Source: Octopus sinensis
Lineage: Eukaryota
Reading direction: 5' to 3'
Length of the DNA: 64,000 bases
Assembly: GCF_006345805.1 (NCBI RefSeq)
Contig: NC_042998.1
Span: 2,480,001 to 2,544,000 of the forward strand
Both the position numbers and the translations under genes were made by a program. Below the pieces are notes generated by a model, which was given only the letters and a program-made list of their open reading frames with translations, made no database searches and was not told where the DNA came from. Within the stretch, counting starts at the first letter, position 1. Every line of letters starts with the position of its first letter. Positions 39,535 through 52,765 of this stretch are shown one piece after another.

Positions 39535-40905
39535 TGTGATTGGCATTCTTCAGGACGATAGAGAACCCCTTGTGACCATGCTCACCAATCTGTTTAACAA
39601 GTGCTTCGAAAATGGCAATATCCCCAACAGTTTGAAGAACGCAATAGTGATCTGGGTTTAAAAAAAGGTAACAAAACAGACTTGATGGACGACCGTCCCA
39701 TCAGTTTCCTGTCCATCATCTTCAAGGTGTTTTCCCACATTATGCTTAGAAGAATGTTCGGTGCCTTGAATCTCTATCAACCAAAAGAACAAGCTGGCTT
39801 CGGAATAGGATTCTTTACTATTGATCACACTCAGGTTGTCTGTCAACTGCGAGAGAAAGTGAATGAATGCAACATCCCGCTACGCGTTGCTTTGTTGATG
39901 ATAAGAAGGCCTTCGGCTCCATAGAATTCACTCTGTCCCTTACAGCACTGAAGAACTAAGTAGTGGACCCCGACTACCTTGCAATATTGAAAGATCTTTA
40001 CAGCGATGCAACATCGACCTTCAGACTACACCAAGACAGTGATAAAATCAAGCTGTAGAGAGGAGCAAGGCAAGGCGACATCTCACAAAAGTTGTTTACA
40101 TCGCGCCTGTAGGATACTGTCATCAGAAAAACCCAATGGCACAAGAAAGGCATCAACATTGACGGAGAACAACTATGCCATCAAGATTACGAGGATGATA
40201 TCACCTTGATAGCGCATACGCCTAAGAAACTGGAAATACCGATATCCACGCTACAAGTCAGCCTGTCGACTTCAACATGAACATTGGAAAAAGACTAAAG
40301 TCATATTCAACAGGCACGCACGCCAGCGCCCTTCACCGTAAACAGTAAGACCATAGGAGACGTTGGCAGCTACTTTTTACCTGGGAAAGAACTGGACAAA
40401 AGACGGAAATCTCCTCTCGGAGATCAAGAAAAGACTATCGTTTGTTTGGGCGGCCTTTGGAAAGGTGGGAAATCTCATGAGAAGTCCCAAGGTACATCCT
40501 ACCAGTGATGATTTACGGTAATGAAATATGGGCTCTCAATACTACCACCATGAACTCCCACGTTGTAGCTCAAAGGAAAATGGAACGAATCATTGTCCGC
40601 ATCACATTGTGGTACAAGAAAACCAACGCCTGGATACGACAACACAGGAGAGTCAACTCCACCATAAGAATCATCAAGAAGAACAAATCTTGGTGGGCTG
40701 GCCACATCGCACGACTGAAGGACAGCAGATGGACAATAAGACAACGGGATAGACACCAAGACAATGGACAAGATAAAGAGGCTGACCAAAGACAAGGTAG
40801 CTAGCTGATCTCACTCGCTACATGAGGCCTACATGGTTATGACTGGCCAGAGATAGACAGCGGTAGATGAAGCCCTGGAAATAAAGATTTGTTGTGATAC
40901 ATGAT
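39535..40905 (+). mobile_element. RTE-clade LINE, decayed RT and 3' end
   Basis: RPISFLSII, QPKEQAGF, MIYGNEIW, VAQRKMER, WWAGHIARL. Confidence 0.85.
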
Positions 40906-41420
40906 GTTCTGCTGATCTGATGAGCTAGCTTTCTTTATTTAAATTAATTTGTGAATACACAACTGTATTGTATGATGGGGAACATACATATTAACGCAAA
41001 CATGTATACAGAATTTCTTGCATACTGAAATTAACACCATATGAAGAATTTGCGAAACGGCCGTGGCCCTATATAAATCGTTGGTGAAATATATATTCAC
41101 CTCTCGTACCTCCTGACTTTATGATTATATATACTCCTCACAGAATAATTTTATTGCTCGGATTTTCCGGATTTTCAGTTACATGGATACTTTAGATTAC
41201 GCTATTTTGTAATTGATTTATTTCGTGGGCAGATAGCCAAGTCTGTAAGACGAATTTACTGTGATAGCCGCACGATTCTCTGGATCCATATATTAAAACC
41301 AATCAAGATATATAATTATATGTCAGCCTTAACTCTCCCACTACCACCACCTCTACAATCGTACCACTCTCAACCGACTGCGTTATCTATCTCTCTATCT
41401 ATCTATCTATCTATCTATCT

Positions 41421-42079
41421 CAGGGGTGGGACAAGTGGGTTTATCAGCCGAGTCTATCGTCAATATCGTCACACCTCCTTCCTTCAAACGGGAAGGAAGA
41501 GCTATTTTTATCATACTTGTGGCTATGGCGAAAGAATGTATCTGGTGGACGCGTCTGGAAGGATTAGAGATAAACACTTTCCTCTCTGATCAATCTCTCA
41601 TCAACTTCTTCAAGTATCACTTGAAAAGGAAAGTGAGAGTAGAAAGGCAAATTTTGTCTAGCGAATGTTTCAAAAAAAGATGGGTGAATGTAGCAAGGAT
41701 GGTACGTATGAATGAAGAAGCCACCTTGAACATAATCCTATGAACCCGGAAAAATTTTAAACAGAGAGTTACTTACTTGCAAATAAATGTGTTAACATGT
41801 GACATTAATGACCGAGGTTACCATGGTATTTTCCGTAGGCTTTTCTTTCTACGGATAAACCTTATCTGCTTCCCCCTTTACACTTTACATCATGACATTT
41901 CTGTGATACACGATCCCTATTGATCGTTTTTTTTTCTCTTTTTACGATCCCTTTTGATCGAAAACCTACCCCCTTTTTATTTTATATTTTTATTTTTATT
42001 TTTTTCTCCCCAAAAAGAAAAGCTCTACTTTGTAATTTGCCCCCTCTGTGTTCAGCCCTGTGTGGCTAATAAAGAAACA

Positions 42080-42080
<1 letters not shown>
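41421..42080 (+). mobile_element. Tx1/L1-like LINE, 5'-truncated (copy 2), inside (TATC)n
   Basis: ORF 41426-41743 (AMAKECIWWTRL...KKRWVNVARM); ends AATAAAGAAACATATC; homologous to 2157-2906. Confidence 0.82.
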
Positions 42081-42153
<73 letters not shown>

Positions 42154-42405
42154 ACTATCTATCAATCTATCTATTTATCTATCAACCTATCTATCTATCT
42201 ATCAGTCTGTCTATCTATCCATCTATCTCTTTATCTATCTATCTACCTATCAGTCTAAGATCTAGGTTTTCTCAGTCTACAGTCAACTATCCAGTATATG
42301 CCACAGTCGATATATATATTTCCCTCGCAAGGAACAGTCACATAAAAATGTTCCCAACCGTTGTTTCTCACACCACTGTAAACACAAACAGATGTGATTT
42401 GTGGA

Positions 42406-42438
<33 letters not shown>

Positions 42439-42835
42439 ATATAGTTAGATACAAAGATAATATATATAAATATATACAATATAAAGAAACATTACTTATT
42501 ACTTACACACACGCACACACACTTATACACACATATATACACATGGACATTCACACTTACTCACAACACACGCACATAAACATGCAAAAAATAGAAATGC
42601 ATGCATACAAACATAAAATAGCCCAAGCATACTCGCACACGCACAAAACATACGTTTGCACTTTTACGGTAACACACATATAGGCCTGCACTCACACTTA
42701 CACACACACACTCCAACACATGCAATGTCATTTGTTAGTAATAATAAGGATCATTTTCTTACACGGAGACAAGGCAACACGGATACGGGAGAAAATTTCT
42801 GGTACGTACTTTAATACTACTGAAAGAATTTAACT

Positions 42836-42999
42836 GAGTGGCTGTGTGGTAAGTAGCTTGCTTACCAACCACATGGTTCCGGGTTCAGTTCCACTGCGTA
42901 GCACCTTGGGCAAGTGTCTTCTGCTATATAGCCTCGGGCCGACCAAAGCCTTGTGAGTGGATTTGGTAGACAGAAATTGAAAGAAGCCCGTCGTATATC

Positions 43000-43097
<98 letters not shown>

Positions 43098-43329
43098 TAT
43101 GCACGTTTGTGTATATGTTTGTGTGTCTGTGTTTGTCCCCCCAACATTGCTTGACCACCGATGCTGGTGTGTTTACGTCCCCGGAACTCAGCGGTTCGGC
43201 AAAAGAGACCGATAGAATAAGTACTAGGCTTACAAAGAATAAGTCCTGGGGGCGATTTGCTCGACTAATGGCGGTGCTCCAGCATGGCCACAGTCAAATG
43301 ACTGAAAAAAGTAAAAGAGTAAAAGAGTA
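42836..43329 (+). mobile_element. SINE family C with expanded internal (TA)n
   Basis: Matches 46134-46538. Confidence 0.9.
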
Positions 43330-44009
43330 AAATACCGCCTTAATCCGGCACTCCGCTATTGTCGTCTTTTCAAATTATATTCATATTAAAAATAGTTTCT
43401 GTGTGTTTTTCCTTTTTTCCGTATGATTCTTCATCGTCTTTCAGTGCCACTCTCTCTCTCTCTCTCTCTGTATATGTATATATGTGCATATGCATTTATG
43501 TATGTATGTATGTATGTAGGTAGGTAGGTAGGTAGGTAGGTATGTACGCATTGTATGTATGTAGGTATGTATGCATTGTATGTATGTATGTATGTATGTA
43601 TGTATGTATGTATGTATGTATGTATGTATGAAAAGTACAAACCAGAACTTAACATGAATATATAATGGAATTCACAAAAAAAAAAAACAACCAGAAAAAG
43701 GAAAAAGATTTACCTTCCTTTAGCTAAGAAATATCATATCCACTGAATATCCTTTTAGCTAAAAACATTATATTTACTGATTATTCCCCTTGAGCTATAC
43801 TCTCCATTATAACCGCAAGACTGCTTCATACTTGCTTCTACCCAAGATTAAATCGAGAACTTATTATGATTTCATAACTTTGATTCATGATTAACGAAGT
43901 GAAACCGGTTGACTCTCTACATATTGTAATGGATTAAATAATTTTTATCTACACAAACAAGATTTCTTAGCTTTTTCACCTTAAATCTTATATATATATA
44001 TATATATAA

Positions 44010-44043
44010 ACAAACACAAACACAAAGCACATACACACACACA

Positions 44044-44079
<36 letters not shown>

Positions 44080-44583
44080 TGTTAGTATCAAATAGTAAGA
44101 ATGAGAGCTCAATACAATAATTAGTGGATAAATATTCTTTATTTCTGGACTAAGAAGGCAACCAATGGTTTCTTGTGGAGAAGGTATCCGCAATCTTTAA
44201 GCGGTCCACTTGGTAATGTTGCTCATCATCTCCAAAATGAAATGGGCACCAGCATTCCTGAGTGGATCGCTTGAAGATTGTGTAGATCTTTGCCTCATGA
44301 AACTATTGCGAGCCTTCTTAACCCATAAATAAAATGTATATATATATATATATATCGCAATAGTTTCATGAGGCAAAGATCTACACAATCTTCAAGCGAT
44401 CCACTCAGGAATGCTGGTGCCCATTTCATTTTGGAGATGATGAGCAACATTACCAAGTGGACCGCTTAAAGATTGCGGATACCTTCTCCACAAGAAACCA
44501 TTGGTTGCCTTCTTAGTCCAGAAATAAAGAATATTTATCCACTAATTATTGTATTGAGCTCTCATTCTTACTATTTGATACTA

Positions 44584-44659
<76 letters not shown>

Positions 44660-44726
44660 GTGTGTGTGTGTGTGTGTATCTACTTATCTCTGTATGTATG
44701 TGTAGGTGCTTTGTGTTTGTGTTTGT
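44010..44726. repeat. Near-perfect inverted duplication
   Basis: Arms about 44010-44311 and 44355-44726 with a 43-nt spacer. Confidence 0.9.
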
Positions 44727-45539
44727 CTCCTGCTAAATCTTGACAGCCGGTGTTGGTTTCTTTACGTCCCCGTAACCAAGCGCTTTGGCATGGGAAACCG
44801 GTAGACTAAATACCAGCCTGTAAAAAATTATATACTGTATTCGAATCGTTGAAGGCGGTGCCCCAGCATGGCCACAGTTCAATGACTGAAACAAGTAAAA
44901 GATTATTCTTTTTCCCTATTTTCGGAGGGGAACATTGCTAAAGTATAACCATCATACTCGCGCTTTCACCTCTTTGTTGAATATGTAGGTTTGTAGCAAT
45001 GCAAGAATTTCGTTGAATGGAAACAGCCAGATTCTTTTCATAACGAATATTCCTGTAATATACTGATGCATGCCAAAACTGGCGGTAGAATGTTGTTTTA
45101 ATAAACAAGAAATAAATTCAATTACATACACCATTACATAGCGATATTATCGCTATACAAACATGTGGATTAGATAGAAAACAGAGAGGAATAACACAAA
45201 CGAAGATTACTGTAAAATTGCAGAATGCATGCATGTTTATTGCTCATTCAACTCTTATTTTGTTTCTTGTTTTTGTGTGAATGTTTATATCCAAATATAT
45301 GTGCATTTAGTTAATCTGCTTAGCAAAGCATTTATGTTTAAATTGTGTTCAAATAAATATGACTTTTCACTTTAATATTATTTTGACACAGAAACGTTTA
45401 AGACCCTTATCTGTCATACATTTATTACATATGTCTTATATATCGTATGCAACAGCCTTTTATGTGAAACCGTTGTCTTAGTTACCAAAACTGCTACGGC
45501 AGAAATTATTTTTGAATCTGAGGTTCGGGACACAGCTTT

Positions 45540-45850
45540 TCCATCTTTTCCGCCAGCTATTCCTAGGAGGGTCTGGAGGTAGAGTCCTCAGGCACTTCTT
45601 CCGTAAGCTCCTATCGGATGCAACCGTCATCAGACCGGGCTAGATTCCCATGGGTGACCAGCTGAGACTATAGGTATTATCCAACCATCTCATTGTAAGT
45701 TTACTCCTAAGTCTCCTGAGGAATCAGTTTTGCGATTCTCTCCTGTGACATTCTCACCACATGTCCCTAATACCGGAGTTATAGCCTCTCAGTGCATAGA
45801 AGTAGCGGCTCCCTGATTTCCGAGCCCCGCACCGTCGAGTAACGTTACTC
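45540..45850 (-). mobile_element. RTE-like LINE 3' remnant
   Basis: RRLRSKLTMRWLDN...VASDRSLR resembles the RTE C-terminal GRPxxRW...DRxxW region. Confidence 0.45.
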
Positions 45851-45961
45851 CATTTATTAATATTAATACTATTCTATTGCTAGTTTCACCTATTGAACTG
45901 CGACTATATTGAGGTACTGTCTTCAAGGATTTAAGTCACTTACAGTAAATTCTCTCCTATC

Positions 45962-46027
<66 letters not shown>

Positions 46028-46133
46028 CTTGAAAGATATACGCTAAGCTGTTCCTTCTAGCGTAAGGGAGTCCCATGATGGATACCTCTTAATGTGTTTA
46101 AATGTACACTGTATTTTATATGAATAATATATA

Positions 46134-46538
46134 GGCGCAGGAGTGGCTGTGTGGTAAGTAGCTTGCTTACCAACTACATGGTTCCGGGTTCAGTCCCACT
46201 GCGTGCCACCTTGGGCAAGTGTCTTCTGCTATAGCCCCGGGCCGACCAATGCCTTGTGAGTGGATTTGGTAGACGGAAACTGAAAGAAGCCTGTCTTATA
46301 TATGTATATATATATATGTGTATGTGTTTGTGTGTGTGTGTTTGTCCCCCTAGCATTGCTTGACAACCGATGCTGGTGTGTTTACGTCCCCGTCAATTAG
46401 CGGTTCGGCAAAAGACCGATAGAATAAGAACTGGGCTTACAAAGAATAAGTCCCGGGGTCGATTTGCTCGACTAAAGGCGGTGCTCCAGCATGGTCGCAG
46501 TCAAATGACTGAAACAAGTAAAAGAGAGTAAAAGAGAG
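46134..46538 (+). mobile_element. SINE family C, full length
   Basis: Head, CORE-like segment and (AAAAGAG) tail. Confidence 0.9.
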
Positions 46539-46626
46539 TCTATTGACTAATGGTAGTAAAAATTTCTAAAGTCCTTATTAGCTTGAAAGATAGATAGACA
46601 GAGACATATATATATATATACATGTC

Positions 46627-46711
<85 letters not shown>

Positions 46712-46751
46712 GTTGTGTGTGTATATATGTATGTATGTATGTATGTATGTG

Positions 46752-46789
<38 letters not shown>

Positions 46790-46821
46790 TATGTATGTAT
46801 GTGTATATATATATATATGTA

Positions 46822-46868
<47 letters not shown>

Positions 46869-47884
46869 GCAACAAAACCACCCTAAACTATGTGTGTGTG
46901 TGTGTGTTTATCTTCGCTATCATCATCATTATCAGGCTGGTGTTATTGTTGTTGTTGCTACTGTTGTCTTTCAGCATGTGCTTTTCTTCCCTATGTGCAA
47001 TTTGTGATATTTGATTTCTCCATAGGAATGAAGTCTGGGATCCTTAGGAGTGCCGGAAATGGGAAAAGGCAAAGTTCGCTTCTTTTGTTTTATTATTTCC
47101 CTTCTTCTTCTTTTTCCATCGGTCATTAGTAGAGTAAATTAAGTGAAAGGCATAATAACACAGTTTTTGATCTCAGTGAAACACCCTGGCACATTCACTC
47201 CAAATATGTCACTCTGTAAAGAGGAAGACTACGATAAAGGTTATTAAAACCGTCTGCAGACTGGAAGCGGAAATACGAGAAATATCAGTTAAATTGGTGT
47301 GGCTTTATTTAATGCAAGGGGCATTAAAACAGATAACTAGAAACGATTATGGAGGAAGAACAAACAGCGTTAATCAGCGATTAATATTATTTTAGTTATT
47401 TCGGCAAATACGGGCGACAACTTTGTACATGTTTCGGAATTTTTATGAGCTCATCAAAGAAGCTTAAGCTTAGTGTACATTAACTATTAAAGAGTATAAC
47501 CTCTAAAACTGAGTCACGTTACATTGGCGGTTCAGAGAAATGAAGAAAGTGTTTCAGCAAATGATGCACAGTGGTCAGGATGGATCTGTATTAAGATGGA
47601 CATAGAGACAGTAAATAGGAGAATATTTCAGGTAGCATATATAACAGAAAATCATGGTTGATACTGTCAGAATCAGTAGAGAAATCCATCAGTATATAAG
47701 TTTCGTTTTGTTTAGGGGAAACCATTAAGAAATTTGGGATATAATGAGAAGGGACTGTGTGTTTCGAAAATACTTTAAAATTCTGCTATTTATTAATAAA
47801 TAGGACATGCAGTATTTTTTATTTCCGAATTCCACTGAAAGTACATATATATTCATATTTTCCTTGTGTGTGTGTGTGTATAAA

Positions 47885-47942
<58 letters not shown>

Positions 47943-48144
47943 AATAGAAAGATGAATAATCTTGTTGCAGATTAATCAAAAGTTTAACCGATACCTTGGT
48001 AGCAAAAATCACAGCAGAAGACAGCACGGTTGGAGGTACAACCATATGGTGTTGCAACCGTGCGTTGGTGCGGATAATTGAATTTTAATATTATTAGTGA
48101 ATTGAAGAAATGGAGTTGAACGAAGATTGAACAGAAATCGTTTT

Positions 48145-48236
48145 ATTGCATTCTACACGTGTTTCGAAAGGCACAATTTACCAAAATCCGATTGAATAAT
48201 GGGACCATATTGTGTCTTTCTCTTCAGGAAGAAAAT
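48145..48236 (-). ncRNA. Type I hammerhead ribozyme (minus strand)
   Basis: Intact CTGAAGA and GAAAC..GTA core. Confidence 0.8.
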
Positions 48237-48331
48237 AGGAAATCCGTTGGAAAAAACAAAAACAGAACAGAGGCGGAGCAAAAACAAATCTCCGCCTCTG
48301 TTCTGTTTTTGTTTTTTCCAACGGATTTCCT

Positions 48332-48422
48332 ATTTCTTCCTGAAGAGAAAGACACAATATGGTCTCCTTATTCAATCGGAATTTGGTAAATTGTGCCTTT
48401 CGAAACACGTGTAGAATGCAAT
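48332..48422 (+). ncRNA. Type I hammerhead ribozyme (plus strand)
   Basis: CTGAAGA at 48340-48346, GAAA at 48402-48405, GUA at 48411-48413. Confidence 0.8.
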
Positions 48423-48486
48423 AAAACGATTTCTGTTCAATCTTCGTTCAACTCCATTTCTTCAATTCACTAATAATATATATATA

Positions 48487-49251
48487 TATATTTATAAAAT
48501 ACAAAATGGGACAAGAACGCAAAACATCCGGAGAGGTAGATGATACAAAAAGCGACAACAAAACATCCAGATAGACGATACAAAGAAGACAAGGACGGGT
48601 CATTCGAAGCCCTCTATCCTCAGTCAAGCACCAGATTATCCAGATTTCAGCTGATAATTCTTGAGATTGCTCCAATCTGGCCAGCCCCAAGGAAAAAACT
48701 AAGCTAAGAGCATTAGATTCCTTGGAAGAAAGCAACGAATATATACAAAAACAAGGACAGAAAAATGGACAAAGTTACACAAATACAAATACAATAAAAA
48801 TAGTAACAGGACATAACAACAGGTGTCTTTCGACTAAGGACGAATTGAATTAAGCTGGCGCGTGTGGAAATGAAGCCTTTCACAAACACAGGGAAGAACA
48901 TCGATGTTGTACGTGCCACGGTCAGACCAAGAAAGAAAGAACAGGCTAGGCTGACCGCGCGGTCACGTGGGAAGAGAAGAGAGAGAAGTAGAAGCAGAAG
49001 GACAGAAGAATTAAGGAGGGGCGAGAAAAAAGACAAGGACACAGTGAAGTGAAAAGTGGAGGGAAAGTGAGTAAGAAGAGAAGGCAAAGAAATGTGAGAG
49101 AGGGAGAAACGGTAGAACGAAGAGTGCAATGAACGAATAAGTGTGAAAAGGCTGATAGAAAGACAGAAATAGAGTCGTACAAGATGTTTTGTTGTCCCTT
49201 TTTGTATCACCTAGCTGTCCGGATGTTTTGCGTTTTTGTCTCATTTTGTAT

Positions 49252-49255
<4 letters not shown>
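48487..49255. mobile_element. Unclassified element with ~70-bp inverted ends (Penelope-like arrangement)
   Basis: 48487-48555 is the inverse of about 49180-49252; (TA)n flanks. Confidence 0.55.
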
Positions 49256-49336
<81 letters not shown>

Positions 49337-49454
49337 GGTGTTTATTTGACTCCACCCAACCTCTCACTCTCCTCATATTAATCGCTATGCCCAGTCCTTC
49401 TTACCGAGAACGTCTACCTTCTGAAATTCTCTCCCGGCCCATATTGTCTCTCAC

Positions 49455-49551
49455 CTGTTCATTTGTAACTGTTCGAGAGGAATATCGTCGCCGCGTGAGC
49501 CTCGCCAGTCTGGAACCGTTATAGACACAATCGGTGAAAATGTAAGAAAAC
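49455..49551 (-). CDS. Weak candidate exon (97 nt)
   Basis: ttttagttttag acceptor and CAG/gtgaga donor; GC-richer than background; two open frames. Confidence 0.22.
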
Positions 49552-50278
49552 CTAAAACTAAAACATCCACCAAGAAAATTATATATTAAGGTCTCTAGAT
49601 TCAATAGTTTGTTGAGAAATTTTTCCGTTTGCATTTTCCCCTCGTTTTCAAAACAACACAATCTGATGAAACAAAACCTATCTTTATTCGAATCATTCGA
49701 ATTATATTTGTATTTGTTTTGTTTCGTTTTGTTTTTTAAACTTCAGTAAAGCTATGGTTTGTTTATTGCTTAAGCTATAGAGGAAAGTATGGTACTAAAA
49801 ACATAAGAAGGACGACAAAAAACACATCGAAAGTTTGAACATGTGAAACTTTTTGAACTCAATAATTAACTAAGTAAAATTAAATAGAACAATCTTAAAT
49901 ATCAGGCCTTCCGTCAACCAAATTTGTCCCCCAGAGAGAGTTTTTTTTTTTCTGAACCTCACAGTAAATTTCCCAAAGGTAAATATTTATTGAATCTGTC
50001 AAGTATTTCCTTAAAAAACATCAGCTCGTAAAAATAAATAGATAAATAAAATATATCTAAGATTTTTTGTCGAAAGCTTTTACTTTGGGTTCCTATATCT
50101 CCTTCGTTGTCGCAGTTGTTGTTGTTTTTCCATAAACGACATCTGAGACACAACCTGTTTATATTTCTATCTTACTTGTTTTTAAGTTTCAAGTTGGAAA
50201 TACTTCAGTCGCCTCGGCTAATGTCTTCCTTGTTATATCGTCAGTGACGATATATGATGTGTGTGTCTGTAACAATAT

Positions 50279-50659
50279 GGAAGCACTCTGTCGGTTACGA
50301 CGACGAGGGTTCCGGTTGATCCGATCAACGGAACAGCCTGCTCGTGAAATTAACGTGTAAGTGGCTGAGCACTCCAGACACGTGTACCCTTTAACGTAGT
50401 TCTCGGGGATATTCAGCGTGACACAGAGAGTGACAAGGCCGGCCCTTTTGAAATACAGGTACAACAGAAACAGGAAGTAAGAGTGAGAGAAAGTTGTGGG
50501 GAAAGAGTACAGCAGGGATCACCACCATCCCCTGCCGGAACCTCGTGGAGCTTTAGGTGTTTTCGCTCAATAAACACTCACAACGCCCGGTCTGGGAATC
50601 GAAACCGCGATCCTATGACCGCGAGTCCGCTGCCCTAACCACTGGGCCATTGCGCCTCC
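50279..50659 (-). mobile_element. SINE family B with 12-bp TSD
   Basis: TSD CTGTAACAATAT at 50267-50278 and 50660-50671. Confidence 0.93.
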
Positions 50660-50814
50660 CTGTAACAATATATCACAGTACCAAATATAACCGTATAATA
50701 ATAAGCAATGTAACAAGAGTCGGCTATCTGCTGCTGCTGCAGTTACTGTTGTTGTTCTCTTTGCCGACACCTAAAGTTTTGTCGTTGTTTAGAGACAAAA
50801 CATTTTTCGCCCCG

Positions 50815-51120
50815 GTGACGGTTTGTTTGTTCCTTCTCGAGCCATACCTGGCTCATAAGGGCCGGTTTCCCGGTTTCTTTGGCGTATAGGTTCCCCACCT
50901 GGATGGGACGCCGGTCCGTCGCAGGTGAGCTGCAAGATGCAGGAGGAAAGAGTGAGAAAAAGTTGTGACGAAAGAGTCAGCAGAAGTTCGCCATTACCTT
51001 CTGCCGGAGCCGCGTGGATTTTAGGTGTTTCGCTCATAAACACTCACACATCGCCCTGTCTGAGATTCGAGCCCGCGATCCCTCGACCGCGAGCCCGCTG
51101 TTCTAACCGCATGGCCTGGT
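50815..51120 (-). mobile_element. SINE with family-B 5' module and V-domain-like 3' module
   Basis: B-like head and first ~120 bp, then CCTGCGACGGACCGGCGTCCCATCCAGG. Confidence 0.7.
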
Positions 51121-51484
51121 GACGGCATTAAGTTTATGCCATTCGATGTTAATATTCTTTTTTTTTTCTTTGTTCTCAAAATTTATCAAGGAGCGCGTTC
51201 CTTCATCGAACATTATGATGGCTCCTTTATCAGCCATCTTTAAAAAATTGCAGAAAATTGCGAAATATTTGTTTTGCCGGAAGCAGTTACAATTCAAAAA
51301 ATATTTAGGGACACCCCCTGCAAAACGGGGGCTGTTTCTACGCGAAAATACTATCTGCACAATCCAGACAATCTCCGAAATGTAATGGTAAAAACAGAAA
51401 TGAAAAGACGGGGGCTTAGAAAACCGAAAAGATTACAAATTCTTTACCAACTTACGGAGCCCCAAATTTCTGTGACTTCACAAG

Positions 51485-52006
<522 letters not shown>

Positions 52007-52225
52007 CAACAAGACTGCTCACTCAAATGCAGAATGTGCGATGATTTAAATGAACAGATGATGTTTCCATAAGCATATAGAAATATACATTTACAAACAT
52101 ACACGTCCACGCATCATATATGTTCACACATCCACACTTATAGATAAAGAGCGCCCTCCTTCTCGAGATATCTGAGGACTAACGCTTGTAGGGTTGTGGA
52201 AGTGGCTTGTCTATAAATATTTTAC

Positions 52226-52354
52226 CACGCCCTGGGGCCTCGATTATAATGAGTATTGTTCTCGGTTTCCAACCACGTTTAAAAAAAGTCTCTATCTCCA
52301 TAATATCTTTGCATTCGGAGATATTTTCGTCCTCCATAATTATGTTTCTGTTTT
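52226..52354 (-). CDS. Candidate exon or pseudogene fragment, possibly pre-NACHT/P-loop-like
   Basis: ag...gt-bounded 129 nt (phase 1-1): ENRNIIMEDENISECKDIMEIETFFKRGWKPRTILIIIEAPGRG. Confidence 0.25.
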
Positions 52355-52552
52355 CTATGTATGACATATCAATTAGAGAACATGTTTTTACCAGAGTGGT
52401 AGACAAATCTGTCTGTCTGGTTGGTTTTTCGTTATCTTCATGCGACAAGCATATTCATATCCCAGAAGTTTGTTGGTTATTCCATCTTTTTTTAAATACA
52501 CACTCTCTCTCACCTTCCTTCTCGCTTGCTTCTCTCGATATATATGTATATA

Positions 52553-52630
<78 letters not shown>

Positions 52631-52695
52631 GATAGATAGATATAGATATAGATATAGATATAGATATATACGTATAAGAGATAGAGGGATATATA

Positions 52696-52730
<35 letters not shown>

Positions 52731-52765
52731 GATAGATAGATAGATATATACGTATATATATATAT

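Larger units (their letters stand above)
47939..48479 (-). mobile_element. Palindromic double-hammerhead element, copy 2
   Basis: Palindrome 48089-48479 with the same centre as copy 1; tail 47939-48088; (TA)n flanks. Confidence 0.85.

Noticed and set aside
45600-45635. CUGAUGA-CGG-loop-CCG on the minus strand
   Set aside because: Followed by AUAG rather than GAAA and lies in an RTE remnant; likely chance
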